Assembly (NCBI RefSeq): GCF_036321535.1
Contig: NC_087437.1
Location: 28,398,001 to 28,462,000, forward strand
Length of the DNA: 64,000 bases
Origin: Camelus dromedarius
Lineage: Eukaryota
Direction: 5' to 3'
The notes below the pieces were generated by a model that was not told where the DNA came from, searched no databases, and saw only the letters and a list, made by a program, of their open reading frames with translations. Position numbers and translations under genes: made by a program. This document shows, in pieces, positions 48,218 to 62,450 of the stretch (its first letter is position 1; every line of letters begins with the position of its first letter).

Positions 48218-51200
48218 GTGAGTAAATATTATATTATTTTAAGGATAAGCAATAATTGAATAAAGGGGATATGGATATACAGTCCACAGAGTTTGGAATT
48301 GTGGATTGCTTTGTTAATAGCTTTAGTTATATGGTGTGTTCTTATTGATGATGTTGGGGTGGGGGGCCTTATTGAGAAGCAATAGAACCAAGTCTGGCCA
48401 AACTTTGTTATGAATAACTTTATCAGTCCTTTGATGCTATGATTTTTTTTTTCCCGTAGAGCAGAAAGTGTCAGCGTACTTTTTACTTAGTAATGGCTAA
48501 GTCACTGTGTGTCTGTAGGAATAGTAAATGTAGATATGTGTGTGTGAGCGTATGCATAGATCATATACAAGGCCATGGCAATAGCTGAATGGGGATGATT
48601 TGTTTTTGCTTGTTTGTAAAGGTGCTGTATTGTTGTAAAAGAATACCGGACTTTAAGTCAGCTAAACATGCATAGACTCTTTATGTTAATATTTTGACAT
48701 TATGGATTTCCTTTTTATTGCATGAGCATATTATTTTAAGGCCAGAAGCAATGCATTTTGTGGAAAATATAACTAGAAGTAAGGTTCAGAAGTGCTACTA
48801 CAGTACCCTATCTGAAGCATAAACTTTGTTGAATGTGAGTTTTATAAATCAGTAGAAACCCTTAATACTATTATTAATTGGATTTTTCAAAAGTTTTTAA
48901 AATCCTAATGTTAAGTAACTTAGCAGTTTATTTTCTGTTAGATCCTGATTATTGTTTTTATTGGTAACAGTCTCAGCTAGAAGTGTTAAAAGTTAGCTTT
49001 TGTGGGGACCATAATGCAACAGACTCACTTTAGAATATTTTGACACTCAGAAATGTCATTGGGTTCATATTTCAGCTATCAAGTTTGAAAAGTCAGACTT
49101 TTAAAAAGATAAGCATACATGTCTTTATTTTGACATGCAAGGTCAAGGCTAGAAATGTGAAGATTTCCTGGATACTCTCTGCCTACTTGGTTTAACTGAA
49201 TTGCCTCTGAATATTAATGTGCTGGTTTAATTCACTCTTTGAACCTTTGAGAAGGGATCTCTATCATTTCTACACATCTAGAGAAGTGAAGGCCTCATGT
49301 AGATCCACCTTGTCTTTTGCAAAAAAAAAAAAATGCTTTAATATTTATTTAATACCATAGAGGTGAATAAACTGAAATAGGTAACATGTAAGTTAACTCA
49401 TAACTCACCCCAATGTTATAAGTTAACTTAACTATTTCAGGTATTTGCTTCTTGGTCCAGTTTGCGCTGCTCACTTTGCTGAAGTTTTTACCAGAGACTC
49501 AAGGATATTATCTCCAAAGTAGTATATAAAAGAAGGTATTAACAACAACAAAGATATCTTATAATGTTATTCTTAATGTGATAGTTCTAAAGATCATTAC
49601 ACTAAAGTTATAAATTACCCCTGGACCTTTTTCTTTTTCTCCTTTGAAAGGTATTGATGAAGGGCACAGTGGTTGTACCTTGTGAAAGTGTAGTTCTAAA
49701 TTTCTGCCAACTGAATTTAAGTGTAATTAGAGACCGGGACCCATAAAATGAGGGGCAAAGGGCTAATTACACTTGTCGGTAACCAGCTGTGTCCATAAGT
49801 AACCCTGTTTTGACCCAATTACTAGTAAATCCAGTTTTTAATCCTGTAGACAGTTGATGGTACACTCGTAGCTGCATGATGAAGGGCATTAAACTTGGCT
49901 GTGATATTGAGTGGTTTCGCAGAAGACCTGCCTCCATAGCATTTGGAAACATTGTGAAACATTAAAATTCAGTTGCTATTTTTCCATCTCAAAATATTTT
50001 TTTAGTTGCTGCTCAGTTGTGGCTACAGAACAGTCCCCCTTTGAGTAAAGCAGCACTATTGCTTAATGACATGCTGTGTGGTTAACGAGATTCAACTGCC
50101 ACATCAAGGACTTTTTTTTAATAATAAATAATTTCAAGATTTTAAATTTACTTATGAAATGAACTTGTTATAGCAGCTTATCAATGCAAACGTTGTCCTT
50201 ATTCTTTGTCTAAGAGAAACTGAAATTTAATTTACAGTGCCTAAAAAATGTGGTAAAACATTTTGATTTGAATAAGGAGGAAAAAATAAACATAAATTTA
50301 CTTCTGGTGGAGTTTCATCCTCAGAGCCACAACTCGTTAAATGTTAGTGAAATAACTGTGTTAAGAATTAATTTAAAATTTTTTGAATGTGTAACTAAGT
50401 ATTTGTATTTCAAAACCTGTGTTTCATATATATGTGTGTGTGTATGTCTGTAACTAGCATATGATGTGATTCTTGGCATAGTATTTAGAATCCTACCTTT
50501 TAGAGAGTAGTCTTCCTATGTTCAATTTTGTGGCTAAAATAGATCAAAAACATATTTTAAAACAGTTAAAGTAATCCTGTGACTCATTCCTGAAGTTCTG
50601 AAATTTGGGAGCATTATGAGGTTTCCGTGCCAGTAACCGCTAGATCATTTGTATTGTTTCAGAGAGTAAACAGAAGGAATTTAGAAAACTTGTAATATCC
50701 TGACTTCTTTAATAAAATGTGTTCTATGTATTGCTACAACCCATAGTCCAGCCTTTTGTGAGTTCTTGAGCCCTGAGATGGAGGTAGCCTGTGTAATCTA
50801 CTATTTTTAGCAAGTTAGGAAAGCAAACCAAATACTCTCTGAGAGGACCCTGGGAAATGGCTGTACCCTTCAGCTGTGCTGTTTCAGACTTTGGCCAGGC
50901 TCCCAGGTGACTTAGGTTTATAGCAGACTTCTACACAGAAGAGGAGAATTCATTTCATTAAAAACAGAAGTCGAACAGTTCAAGAAAGTATTTATGTGAA
51001 AGAAATCAATTGGCATATTACTAAAGGGACTAGGAAGAAAATCAGCTGATAGTATTTTAGTTGCATATTGGTGATTTTAAAGTTTAAATAATTAACTTAG
51101 ATGAATTTACTACATGAAAACATAGAGTCCTGTATCATAATAAATGTTGCTAACTAAAATGAGAATATATGATAATGAGGGGTATGGGTACAGATACGTA

Positions 51201-54189
51201 TACTTATTAAGTATATTGGAAATAGAATGATAAAAGTAAGAAGGAACAAAAGTTGTAATAATGAGTGCTCGTTTGTAAATTAAATACTTTAAGGACTTAA
51301 TTTTTCTCAATTTTGCTTTTATATTTGTGTTGATTTACAACAGTCTAAGAGTAAATTCATATTGAGAATTACATTGCTTACAAATGATAGACTTGAGTGT
51401 TTTAGCTACTTCAGAAATCCTGAACATTTGAAAAGGTGCTTTATTTAGTGCTGGAGAGGAGTTTTGTTTTTCGTATGGCTTGTGAAAGAGATACCAAAAG
51501 AGAAAAAATTTAAAAGAAAAATGTCAACACTATAAGCTACTGTTAGAATATTACATTTCAGAAATGATGATTCAAATAATAGTTTATGGCAAGTTAGCTA
51601 ATTTCTTCAGTGGTAATCTAACTAAAATTTAGGTAGTTGATATAAGAGAAACCCTACAGAATGTATTTAAATGTGGTGCCAAGTTATTTATATTATCAAA
51701 AATAAGCTTTAACCATATGATCAACAAAAATAGTCTCTTGCTCACTGAATTCTTCTTTTTGAAATATCCATTTATTTTGGGGGTGCAGAGGGAGGGGGAA
51801 TATAACCTTTATGTTTACTATCTATTTTCCAAAAATTTAGCAAAACTCTTTTACCCTTGAAAAGTTTAGTCCCATTCTCTTATCAAATTGGGCATTTTTG
51901 CTGAAGATAATTAATTGCTCATTTCCATTACATGTGTTTGTGTATATAGATAGCTTAGCTGATCGAAGTTACCAGACACATCGAAGACCAGATTCCAATG
52001 CAAAGTGGTGTGGAATGAAGGGCACAAATAAACACATTTAAACTCCCTGTGAAGACCTTGCAGAATATATGAAGTAGAGAAATCGGCTATTAGAAGACAC
52101 ACAAATATGTAAACACCCAGCTGAATGAGCAACTAGAAAACTCAAAGTTAGCAGTGCAAATAAACCAGTCTCCAGATGATTACACAGGGGTAGGGTGACA
52201 TAACTGGACATAATAAAAAGGTCTCAAAGGTGTTTACAGTTAAAATTTAGCAGATCTTCCATTGTTAGTGCAGTTTATCAGTGTTGCAATTACCTGTGTT
52301 GCTGGTGCTCTAAGTCCCCAGTTTTTCCATCACATCTTTTAAACCAGTTTCACTGTTAATTCTGACAAAATGATACCCTGCAAATTTCAGGCTACGTATC
52401 TAGTTCTGAGTTAAAACTTAGATCTAGGAGGCTTCTAATTGGAATAACTTTTACCTAGAATTTTGTTGTTACTGTTTGTTTGTTTTGCTAGTGGCATGTC
52501 CCTTGTGATATTAAAACTTTGACAGAGTATTATATATACATGTAACTCTATAGGTACATTTTCAATATAACTTTCAGTGGCCTGTTGACACAAGACTCCC
52601 TCATTTCTCCTAATGACTTAGGAGATGAACTATCTGTAAGCATAACTTGTGTACCAGGGCGTATCATGTGAAAGTTCAAATTGTATTCTCTAAGCAGAAA
52701 CTTTACACCTTTGTAAAGAGCACCCTGTGTTCTTTCTTTAATGCAGTTCTCAATAGCTGCAGCTGCTTTGGTAATACAGTTTTACTCATTTACCTATTTA
52801 TATTCTTACAGTTTAGACTCTTTTTAGGATAACATTTTTTAAATAAAGATTTTAAAACTTTTGGACAAATTTCAAGCTGTGTTATGAATCATGATACCTA
52901 AGGCACTAATTGTAGAACTAGTTATTATTTTTTTTTTCTTTAATAAGATTTTGGTACACCACTTCTGTTTTTTCTTTTTCTCATAAAAACTTGCTTCAAT
53001 TTGTGTGTGACAAACTAAAACCAATTTAAACCTAAAGCAATGTGGCACTTGTAATCAAGTTCAAACTTTAACTGCAACTTAGTCCTCTAAACGTACACAA
53101 AATTGTGATTCCACGAATAGCCTCAGAACAATTCCATGCACAAGGCTGTTGCTAACGGCTGTTTGTAACTTAAAAGAGCCTGTGCAGCACGGGGTAAATC
53201 TTGTATTCAGGAAGTGTGTGACGTGCGCCCAGTTCACGCGAGAGGTGAGAAACTGAATGTTTCTCAGACTCAGCACAGACACCTAGGGACCTAGTTTGGG
53301 AGGCTTATCCTGTCATTTTCCTTGCCAAGGGTAAGTAGAGGATTTCAGCTATCAACGTCGCTAATCTGTTACCTTTCATGCTGAGCAGTGTCTCTGTCTT
53401 CCCACAGACTTAGACAAAGCTTCTTATTTTTTTTACAAAGAGATCCTATTGAGCAAATTTTGAGGGTTTTTTTTTTTTAACTTTAGCAGAAACACATTCT
53501 GTCGTGCTTGTAAAGAGGGGAGCAATTTCTATGTTAACAAGCCCCCAAATTATGACCGTCAGTGGAAGTGGATAACTACGTAGATGGTCTTTGATTTAGC
53601 ACTGATGATAGTTATTAATATGCAGAAACTTCAGTAAAAGCAACTGGAAAGGCTTGTTAGAAATACTTAGTTGTTTGAAGTGTGGTGGATTGTTAGAATA
53701 GTGATTTCTTGGTGACTTTCACTATAAACAAGAGTAGTTCTAATGAGGACATCGTATTCTAATACTTATTTATAATAAACAACCTCAGAGGTTTTAATCT
53801 AATGCTATATTTCTTATACAAATAACATCAACTGCACATCCCCTACAGCATTATTTATACTTTTGGCACCTTCTTGAAAGATTTTCACTTTGAGATAAAG
53901 TGAAATTTGATTTGTTAGAAGTAAAACTTTCTATATTAGCACTTGTGTTTTGAAAAATACTGATAGTTATAACCCCTTATACATTATTCTTTGACTGAAA
54001 GGCTGTATCCCGGACACCTCTGGGCCTCGGCCATCTCTGACCAGTATTCTTCTTCTTGTGTTATCTCTGAGTTCTTTCCAGCTTCTCGCTACCCAGCTTC
54101 AGAACTGTTGGTTCTGATCCCTCTTTGTATTCCTCTCTGGAGTCACACAGAAATGATTTAGACATTTTGTCTTTATGGAAGTACACTCA

Positions 54190-54630
54190 ACATTGAGTAA
54201 CAGAGATGCCTCCCCTCAGCATGTGGCATAAACAAATTAAGGGTTTATATTTCAGTTGCTGTCCAGGCCTATGTGATGACTTCACAATCGCTAGAACTTA
54301 GGCTTCTTCACTCTTAAGTCCTGAGGAGCACATGGCTTCCCACCGTAGGTTTATTTAAAAATTGCAAGATGGCTACCGCGGTGCTAGCCATTATATCTGC
54401 ATTCCAGAAAGCAGGAAGGGGCAAGGGCAAAAGAGACCACAGCCCAGCCCACTTAGGCTCCTTTTAGCAAAAGTCCTCTAAGCTTCACCCAGTGATTTAT
54501 CCTGGTCTTTCACTGGCAACAAGGATAGCTGGAAACTATAGTCTTAACTGTTGCCCTGATTGAAACCAAGCCTCTGAGTAGTTTAGGTAGAGGTTGGGGA
54601 AATGGATATTCAAAAGGCAGTCACTGGGAT
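54190..54630 (-). mobile_element. MLT1-like (ERVL-MaLR) solo LTR relic
   Basis: CAAGATGGCTACC...GCCATTATATCTGCATTCCAG...AAGGATAGCTGGAAACTATAGTCTT resembles old MLT1 LTRs. Confidence 0.6.
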
Positions 54631-55109
54631 GAGAGTTAGAGAGATTTCTTTCCCCCGCCAGAAAACTTCCAGAATCAAGTAACTCTCCCTGACAAGCACC
54701 TGAGTCTGGGGGTAGTTGAGGGGAGATCACTTCTGAAGAGAAACTTGTAGCTCCTTATCTTGGCAAATCTGTCATGAGTTCTGTCTTGGTTGATTAGAGT
54801 TGTCCTTTTTTTTTTTTCCTTTCAAATCATGACATATTTCATCAATAAAAATCTAGCATATCACAAATGGATTTATTTTTACTTATATAGAAGAAGAAAA
54901 TTGTTTGCTTCATTTTTTATTTTTCCTATTGCTAGTGCATATTTATATATACAGTTAAATATTTATAACTGGAATATAACAGGAATGCATGTCATAAAAA
55001 AATAGGTCCCAGATGATTTTGACAAAAGAATCTGTAGTTACTCTGATGTCTTATTTCTGTTTCTTCTGCAAATACACTTTATTTCTATTTCCTTTGTATG
55101 AAGCAAAAT

Positions 55110-55345
55110 AAAATGAGTTAAAATTACTCTATGCTGGTCAGTATTTTCAATGCTTTTAATTTTTTCATAGCATTTAGTCCTCACAAAAACTCTTTGATGA
55201 GTTACCGGTATTACTTCCATTCCTCAGATGGCCACACTGAAGTACAGAGAAGTTAAGTGATGTTCACAAAGTCACTTAGCCAGTAAAATGTGAGCTCCAA
55301 GCCTGGTAACCTGATTTCATGCCTGCCCTTTTAACCACTTGCCTT
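55110..55345 (-). mobile_element. MIR relic
   Basis: CATTTAGTCCTCACAAAAACTCT...CAGATGGCCACACTGAAGTACAGAGAAGTTAAGTGA. Confidence 0.8.
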
Positions 55346-58300
55346 TAAAACAATGCTTCTTAATATACATATCCACATCCCAAGGATTCAGCAAAGAAAA
55401 CACCTGAACAGCAGTGCTTAAGAATAAAAATTAATATTTAAGGCAGATTTGCAGCATAGGGCCTAAAACAGTAAATACTCAAAAGTATATTTTAAGTCAG
55501 CAGATGAATCAATGAGTGAACACAAAACAGCAGCAAGAATGCTAACAACTTTTAAAGATTATATATCTGTTTTAAATATATGGCCAGGGAGGAAAAACAT
55601 TTTAAATTAATCATGTTAAAATAAGCAGCCACTGTATAAACTATATAGTTATCCCCCAATGCATAAAAAAGCCATATTCCAAAGTTTTAATTCTTTGGAG
55701 AGCACTTTCCCACAGAAGCAGCGTGGTTAAGTCATTAGGCCGACCCTGGGAAGCCTGAGTAACCCATAGGATGCTTGAGTTACAGTCCAGTGCGAACAGT
55801 TCCCTGGAAACTGATTATTCATTAAGTCCAGGAGGCTTCCCAGAAGCATCATGAGTACCACCTTACCCGTACATCTTAAGTAATGCTAGTGTCATGGACC
55901 CCAGTTGCTTTTGTCACTGTTTCAATGGAAAAGATGTATGTCAGGTTTCAGTTTGCAGTTTGCAGCTTTAGAAATTCATCTTGGCCTAATGCAAAGGTGG
56001 TGGCCTTCCCCAAACTCCTGGACACTTTCTGCAAGCCAGTGTGAGAGGCTTGCTCACTCTCCGCTTGGGCTCGTCCTGTGCCATGGAGGGGCTGGCTTTC
56101 AATAGGTCAGTGGCTCAGAATCAATAGGGACTAATGGCAGGGTATAGAATGAGGGGCTGAGGTCCACAGCTTCCCCAGGGTGGGAAGACGTCTCTGTCAA
56201 GATGTCTTCTAAGTAACCTTTCTTTTTCCCTAAGGGCTCAACCTGCTTCCTTTTCAAATGTATAGCTTTTTGGTCCTGAGTCTGGTCCACTGTGGACCTT
56301 AATATTAATGAATAGCTTCTTCCCATGCTCTTTACTTTCTAAAGTTATCGAAAGTGTAGCTTTGTTTTGATACTGTTTCTTTCTAATTACTAGCAGAAAT
56401 GGGGAAAGATAGGTGGATGATGGGAAATACCAAACTGAATTTTTTTTGTTTGCCTGTTTTCTGGCCATTTTATCACAGGCTTTAGTCAAGGGGTCAGCAG
56501 TAAAGAACCAGATGTGAGAAGGAAGACATTTAGGAGGTGATGGGGGTTGGGCATCCTACCATTCAAGGAGTATAACTTAAACATCTCCTAGGTCAAACTT
56601 TGGGAAGGCAGATAGTAAAAACACAGCCGTCCAGGGCAGATAGCTTACCGGGAGATCAGTGCTGGGAGGCGGGGTGGAGTTCAGAGGGGGAACTTCCCAA
56701 TAGCAACTGGAGGGTCATTGGAAGAGAAACTTGGTGAAGAGAGAAAAATGTCTCTGGTGGTTTATCTTTCCTTTTTCCCTCCCTTCCCTGTCACAACTAC
56801 TAATTCTGAGACCACAAGTGGGAAGAGAAGAACTGGAGGGAATCCCCAATAAGAGTTCTCACCGCCACGGGCCGCTGGACAGGGGCGGCTCTGCCTGCAC
56901 CACCACCTCTGGTCTGTTGGGACTTACCTGTATTTCAACTCTGGGTTGCAATTTTAGGCCCAGAAGGATTCTTCTGATGCTATCTCAGTTTATTCAACAA
57001 TATTTATATTTTAATTTCTGTTAATGTTAGGTTGAAACTCACTGTTTATTGAGATCCAGCACTGTTTTCTCAAGACCCCATATGACTCCAGGCTTCTTAT
57101 GTTAGAATTTATCTCTTGTATAAAATTCAGATTTACTGTGGAGGCTTCTGGTTTTCACAATCACTTAAATACTTAAGTCCAGGCTGTTCTCAAATAAGGC
57201 AAGAAGCATCTGCTGTTAATAGTTGACAGTAAATTACACAAAGTAAAACATGGAAAATTAAAGTTAGAAAAACTGGGAAGCTTTTCTATCATTTTCAATT
57301 TTCTGCACAAGCCCGGACATAATCAGTGTTTAGGATCTGCTTGTGACGGATAAATTACATCTGTAATTCATTCTTTTCCGTGTTACTGCATTCAGAGGAT
57401 AATTTGCTTTCAGATATCTTTGCTCATCTAATATTCTGAAGTCGTTCATGGACTGAAAAATTTAAGTCTAGTAACATCTTCCAATCCCAGGAAGCTTTTA
57501 GAACTAAACAGTGTTAACTTACCAAATGGGCCAAGTTAAAAAAAAAAAAGGTTTCAGAGAAAAACAGAGCCAAATTTATCATGCCTGAAATAAGATTCCT
57601 CTTTGGAGACGACATTGCTTTTCATAAAACAATTCTCTTTTAAGGGAGGCAACCAAGAAATGAACCATGGAGAAATAAGTAACTAAAGAATTCATTATTT
57701 ATATAAAGAATCCTGTTAAGAAAGATCTGTGCCGTGAATGAACTATCTTTCTTCACATTATCTCTTATCTCTTCATGGCTAAGTGGAAACTAATAAAATC
57801 TAAATCTAGCCATGAGAAAAAAAATTATCATCATGATTTTATTTATTTAATTTTTTTCACTATTATGAAATATTACTGCCAGATACTGCCTTCTCTGAGT
57901 CATAGCACAGTGATAAATTGAAAACAAATGTACATTTTAAAAAAACCCAATATATTTAAAAAAAAAAAACCCTCAAAAACAAACTCATCTTAAACTCAGA
58001 TAAACTAAAGAGTCATATCCACATTGAAGAAGAGTCATCTTTGTGGCAAATTTTTGCATGGTAGACTACTTAAGTAGGTCCCCAGCAAATCTTTAACCTA
58101 TGATTAACATATAGTAGCTTAACGTGTAACATATACTGGGTTAGATGTCCATAGTGAGAAATGCAAAAATATTATTACTGTTTTTTAGAGTCTTTATTAG
58201 CTACTCTTGGCTTCTGTGTTTCCTGCTAAGAATGAATAATGCTGGAAGAGAGATTTTCACCAGAAACACATATTTTTGTATTGAAGGTTTAGGAATTGAA

Positions 58301-60189
58301 AGAAATTGCAGACCAAAGTATTTGCCACTTCTGCCTCTCAGTTAAGGGAAAATAACCCATTCTCTCCCCTCCCGCCTTTTCATCATTAATTACCTGCTAT
58401 GTACCAGACACTGCAATAGGCGATTCTGCTTCAAGGGTCACACACAGAGCCTTTTTAGAGGCTTGATAAGCTAGTGGTAACTGTAAGCTTTCAAGCTTCT
58501 GAGAAGTACAATGAAGATAAAAATGATCATAGAATAATAAAACATTGTTTTAACTCTTCTATTCTTTAGTATTAAAATATCCCAGTAGGACACAAATTTT
58601 GCCCACGTAAAATGTAGGTAGACATTAAATGTCCTCATATGTGTCTGAAGGTTTATTGTGAAAAACACTGGAAGCCGTTAACGTAGTCAGCATGAGAGAG
58701 CAGATGAATCTCAGCTCTGGTTATGCTGCTGCTAGAGAAGCTGTGCTTGTATTAGTAGAACGGGTTTATGTGGTGAGAGATTTGTACCAGATCCATTATC
58801 ATATTCATAATTCAGCAAGATAAACCTAACTCAGATTGGTGTTCAGGTACCACGTGTAGAAATGGTTAATTTTCCTCCCCTCATTCGATCATCATCTATT
58901 ATATAAAACGACAAGGCTCAGAATGATGAAGTAACCTGTGTGGGTTTCAACATTCAGGAGCAGTCGAACCGGGGTTCAGCACAGGCAGCCTGTCTTCAGA
59001 ACCTGGGATTTCAGCCTTCACTCTTGAGTTTAAGACAACTATGCTTCTAAAAGCATGATCATGATCACTCACACTTTTTCTTATTTCAGAAAACCGTCCC
59101 TGTATTATCACTAATCAGATTTTTAAATTTAAAATGGAAATTTTTACTAAGTTTTTAACTAGAAGTTTGATAAGATAGAGAGTCTAAACCTTAGGTCAGG
59201 AAGAATTTTGAAAGTCATGCCAGAATGGAAACAGTATAGAAAATCAGAAGAATAGGCTGTTCTGGGAAAAAAACAAATGAGAGTTTTCAGAATTCCAAGA
59301 CAAAGCTTGGAAGTGAAGTGCAGGGCACCAGATAAGGAGGTTTTCATTTCATAATTATCTTTATGATTTTTTTTGCATAAAATAGAATATCCTTTCTTAT
59401 TCAAGGAAGTAGTATAACTGATATTTTTCTAATACATAGAAACTATGAGACATTATTTTGTAAGTAGCTGAGAGTTCCTTCTTCATATTTCATGAATTTT
59501 ACTGGGCATTTATAGTAATATTGGAAACAAAAAACTGTGTCTGAATCTTTCTAAGTCTTTGTAAGTTGTACTGTAAGAAATTAAAATCTAGATTAAACCA
59601 TTCACCCACCTCATTGACAGTGATTCATATGTCTTCGTATTATATGTCACACTTAGGTATTTTTGATAACTGTTAATACTATATTTTAAACATTAGCTGG
59701 GAATAAAATTTTAGTAATTAATTTAATTCCTTGTATATTTGTATAGTACTTACTATATTAATAATGCTGGAAGCATGCCAAATCTAACATAATGGGTCAG
59801 CATTGGTATAGAAGTCAAACTTATTTTGTGTTCAAAACCAAATTGATCACAGGGAAAAGTGAGCGGTATTCCTTGCCTTTTGATTTCATTTCGTTTGGCA
59901 TTTTTTTCATTTGGTTTGCTTTATAGTTTTACTTTTTTTTCTTTTTTCTTTTTGTGTTTTTTGAGTGTCTAGATTGACCTTTATGCTCTTCTTCTTGGGA
60001 TGAAGTTTACAATAAACACTATTTTAAAGCAAATAATATTGATGCCAGGAGTAATGAGAATGTGGCCACTGATGGTTTTCACTTAGTCTCAATGCTACCC
60101 TGGAATTTTTAATTGAAGTAGCATCTGCAGAATAATTGCAAAAAGCCCTATGCAAAAATATATAAGTAAAAAAGTGTTCAGGGCAGAGT

Positions 60190-60430
60190 AGGACCTGGTT
60201 AAGAGCCAAAACCGTGAATGCAGTTAGGTCTGGATTTGATTCTGTCAGTCACTTCCTGGTGACTTTGTGCCAATCACTTCTCCTCCCCAAGTCTCAGTTT
60301 CCTCCTCTATGAAATGGGACTGATGATACCTGCTTTGAAGGTTTGTGAGGATTCAGTGAAATCATTTACATAATATACATCACTCCATGCAATATCTCGC
60401 CCAATGTAAACATTCCATGCCTAGTAGCTG
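60190..60430 (+). mobile_element. MIR relic
   Basis: GTCTCAGTTTCCTCCTCTATGAAATGGGACTGATGATACCT...TTGTGAGGATTCAGTGA. Confidence 0.8.
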
Positions 60431-62402
60431 GTCCTGGTGTTGTCTGAATGCTGGAGTTCAGTCTCAGTTATCTTCTCCTTATGAGAACTTTCCTTGTGTC
60501 AGAAGAAATGTCACATTGATTTGCTTATTGTACTACAGGTGTTTATCCATTATTTGATTAGAAAATTTAAAAAAGACTTACATGGAATGTGTATAAACGT
60601 GCATTATCACGTACTAACTTACTCACCTGTTATCAAGAGAAAACGCCTCGTAACCTTTAACGTGCGTACCACTTGACCTTGAGCTCACTGAAGTAGTATT
60701 AATAAAATAAGTCAGTATTTATATCATTGTCTGTGCCTGAAAACCCGTTTCATAAATGCAGTTATTTATGAATGGAAAGTGGTTGTAACCATCTGTTCCA
60801 AGTTTAATTTCATTTAAAACTAATGCCTCTTTAGCTCTATGTTGGTCTAAACTAAATAATTCATATTTGTTATTTCAAATATTGCATTGTTTGTGTAAAT
60901 TTCTTCCCCAAACACTCACCTAAGACTTTGTTTCAAAAATAAAATTGTTTATTCAGTAAAGTACCTGCACAGGAGGTTAAATATTGAAGTCGTTTTTCAT
61001 GATTTGCACCATCCCTACTCTGTGCTTTTTATATCTGTATAACCTTACTTGGTAAAATATTTACCACTTACTTCCTCAGGGGTGTAAAGGACCATCCAAG
61101 TCTGAGCGATTCCACTTATCACATCCTCTTTTTTTTCCCCCTTTTTTTCCCCTTTCACTATTCCTCAGCACTGACAGGAGTCCAATTCTAGTCCAGTGAA
61201 ATGGTCTCTTTTGCTCCACGATATTTAAAGGTGCTGGCCTAATACACAGGTCTGAGACTGTTGACTTTGGTTAGAAACGAGAGAGTATGTAGTTTTTGCA
61301 GCAAGTTGGGGGGAAATACTTCAGCTTCCTGATTTTATTGTCTCTTCAGAAATAGTGTAGCTTCGGAGTTTCCTATGGCTAGCCCTAAGGTTCTCCTTTG
61401 CAGTTGTGTGTGCATTTTGTTATATTCTAATTCCAAGTAGGATTTGTGCACTTACGATTTGATTTATTGAGCCATGCCACTGCCTTCTTGTTAAGGCTAT
61501 TGATTATTGCCCATTCTGTTCTGCTGTGTATTGATTTAGTATGTGGGAATGAGCTAATTGCATTACTTGATGTTGAAAGAGGATCAAACACGTTTGAGGG
61601 AGATGCTTGTAGCCTGTTTAATTGAGCTGGCTATTTAGGCTTTAAACATGTTGTGAAACAATTAGGAGAAAGTACAGGAGGACCTCTGAGGGCAGGAAAC
61701 ATAAAATTTGTTTTCAGCAATTTTTAGCAATGCTAAAAAAAAGTGTGCAGTTAGTCCTTCCTGGCATTAAATGGTTAATTGATCCTTAGTTAGCAGATGT
61801 GTAAAAGCTGGGATTTTCCCCTATGTCTCTTTTAAAAATCAAGGGAGGTAACACCCTTAGATGCTCGCATTTTATTGAGGAAAAAAATCTCTTGTTTTTA
61901 AGAATGGTTTCATGTTGAAACCACATATTATTGGATACAAGTAGAAATTACATGCAGGATGTGTATGGGTCTGTAGGTGCTAACATTTGGGGGGAAAATT
62001 AAGAAAATTAAGCTAACGATTAAGCTAGGAATAGGACAAATTCTTTTTGTCTACTTTTTGTTTCATGTTTCTTAGCTAAAAATATTTTTCCATGCAAACA
62101 ATAACATTTAAGGTAAGGCTAATGTTTACTTATTTTCCTTGACATTAATTGAGTTTTCTAAACTTTAGACAAATCCACACTTAATGTAAAAAAAGTAACC
62201 TTCAGAATGAGATCATGGTACCGTGGTCCTCTAATGAATGTTACCTTTTGTTTTAGCAGCTCAGTTGGCTCTAATCCATGGAAAAGTTTTTATTTCTGAT
62301 CCGCTCCAAGGTAGGAGCCAAACCAAAGTTATAGAAACATTTTCCAGCAGACAAGTTTCTACAGATAATATCAGCAGTCAAAGAGTTGTGCATTTTCCTC
62401 TC

Positions 62403-62450
62403 ACACACACACACTCACATGCACGCACACGCACACGCACACACATACAC
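62403..62450. repeat. Imperfect (CA)n / (CACACG)n repeat
   Basis: CACACACACACTCACATGCACGCACACGCACACGCACACACATACAC. Confidence 0.9.

Noticed and set aside
48218..48259. Last 13 codons of the 71-aa ORF as part of canonical MBNL1
   Set aside because: Intronic read-through past the GTGAGT donor; considered only under the intronic polyadenylation hypothesis.
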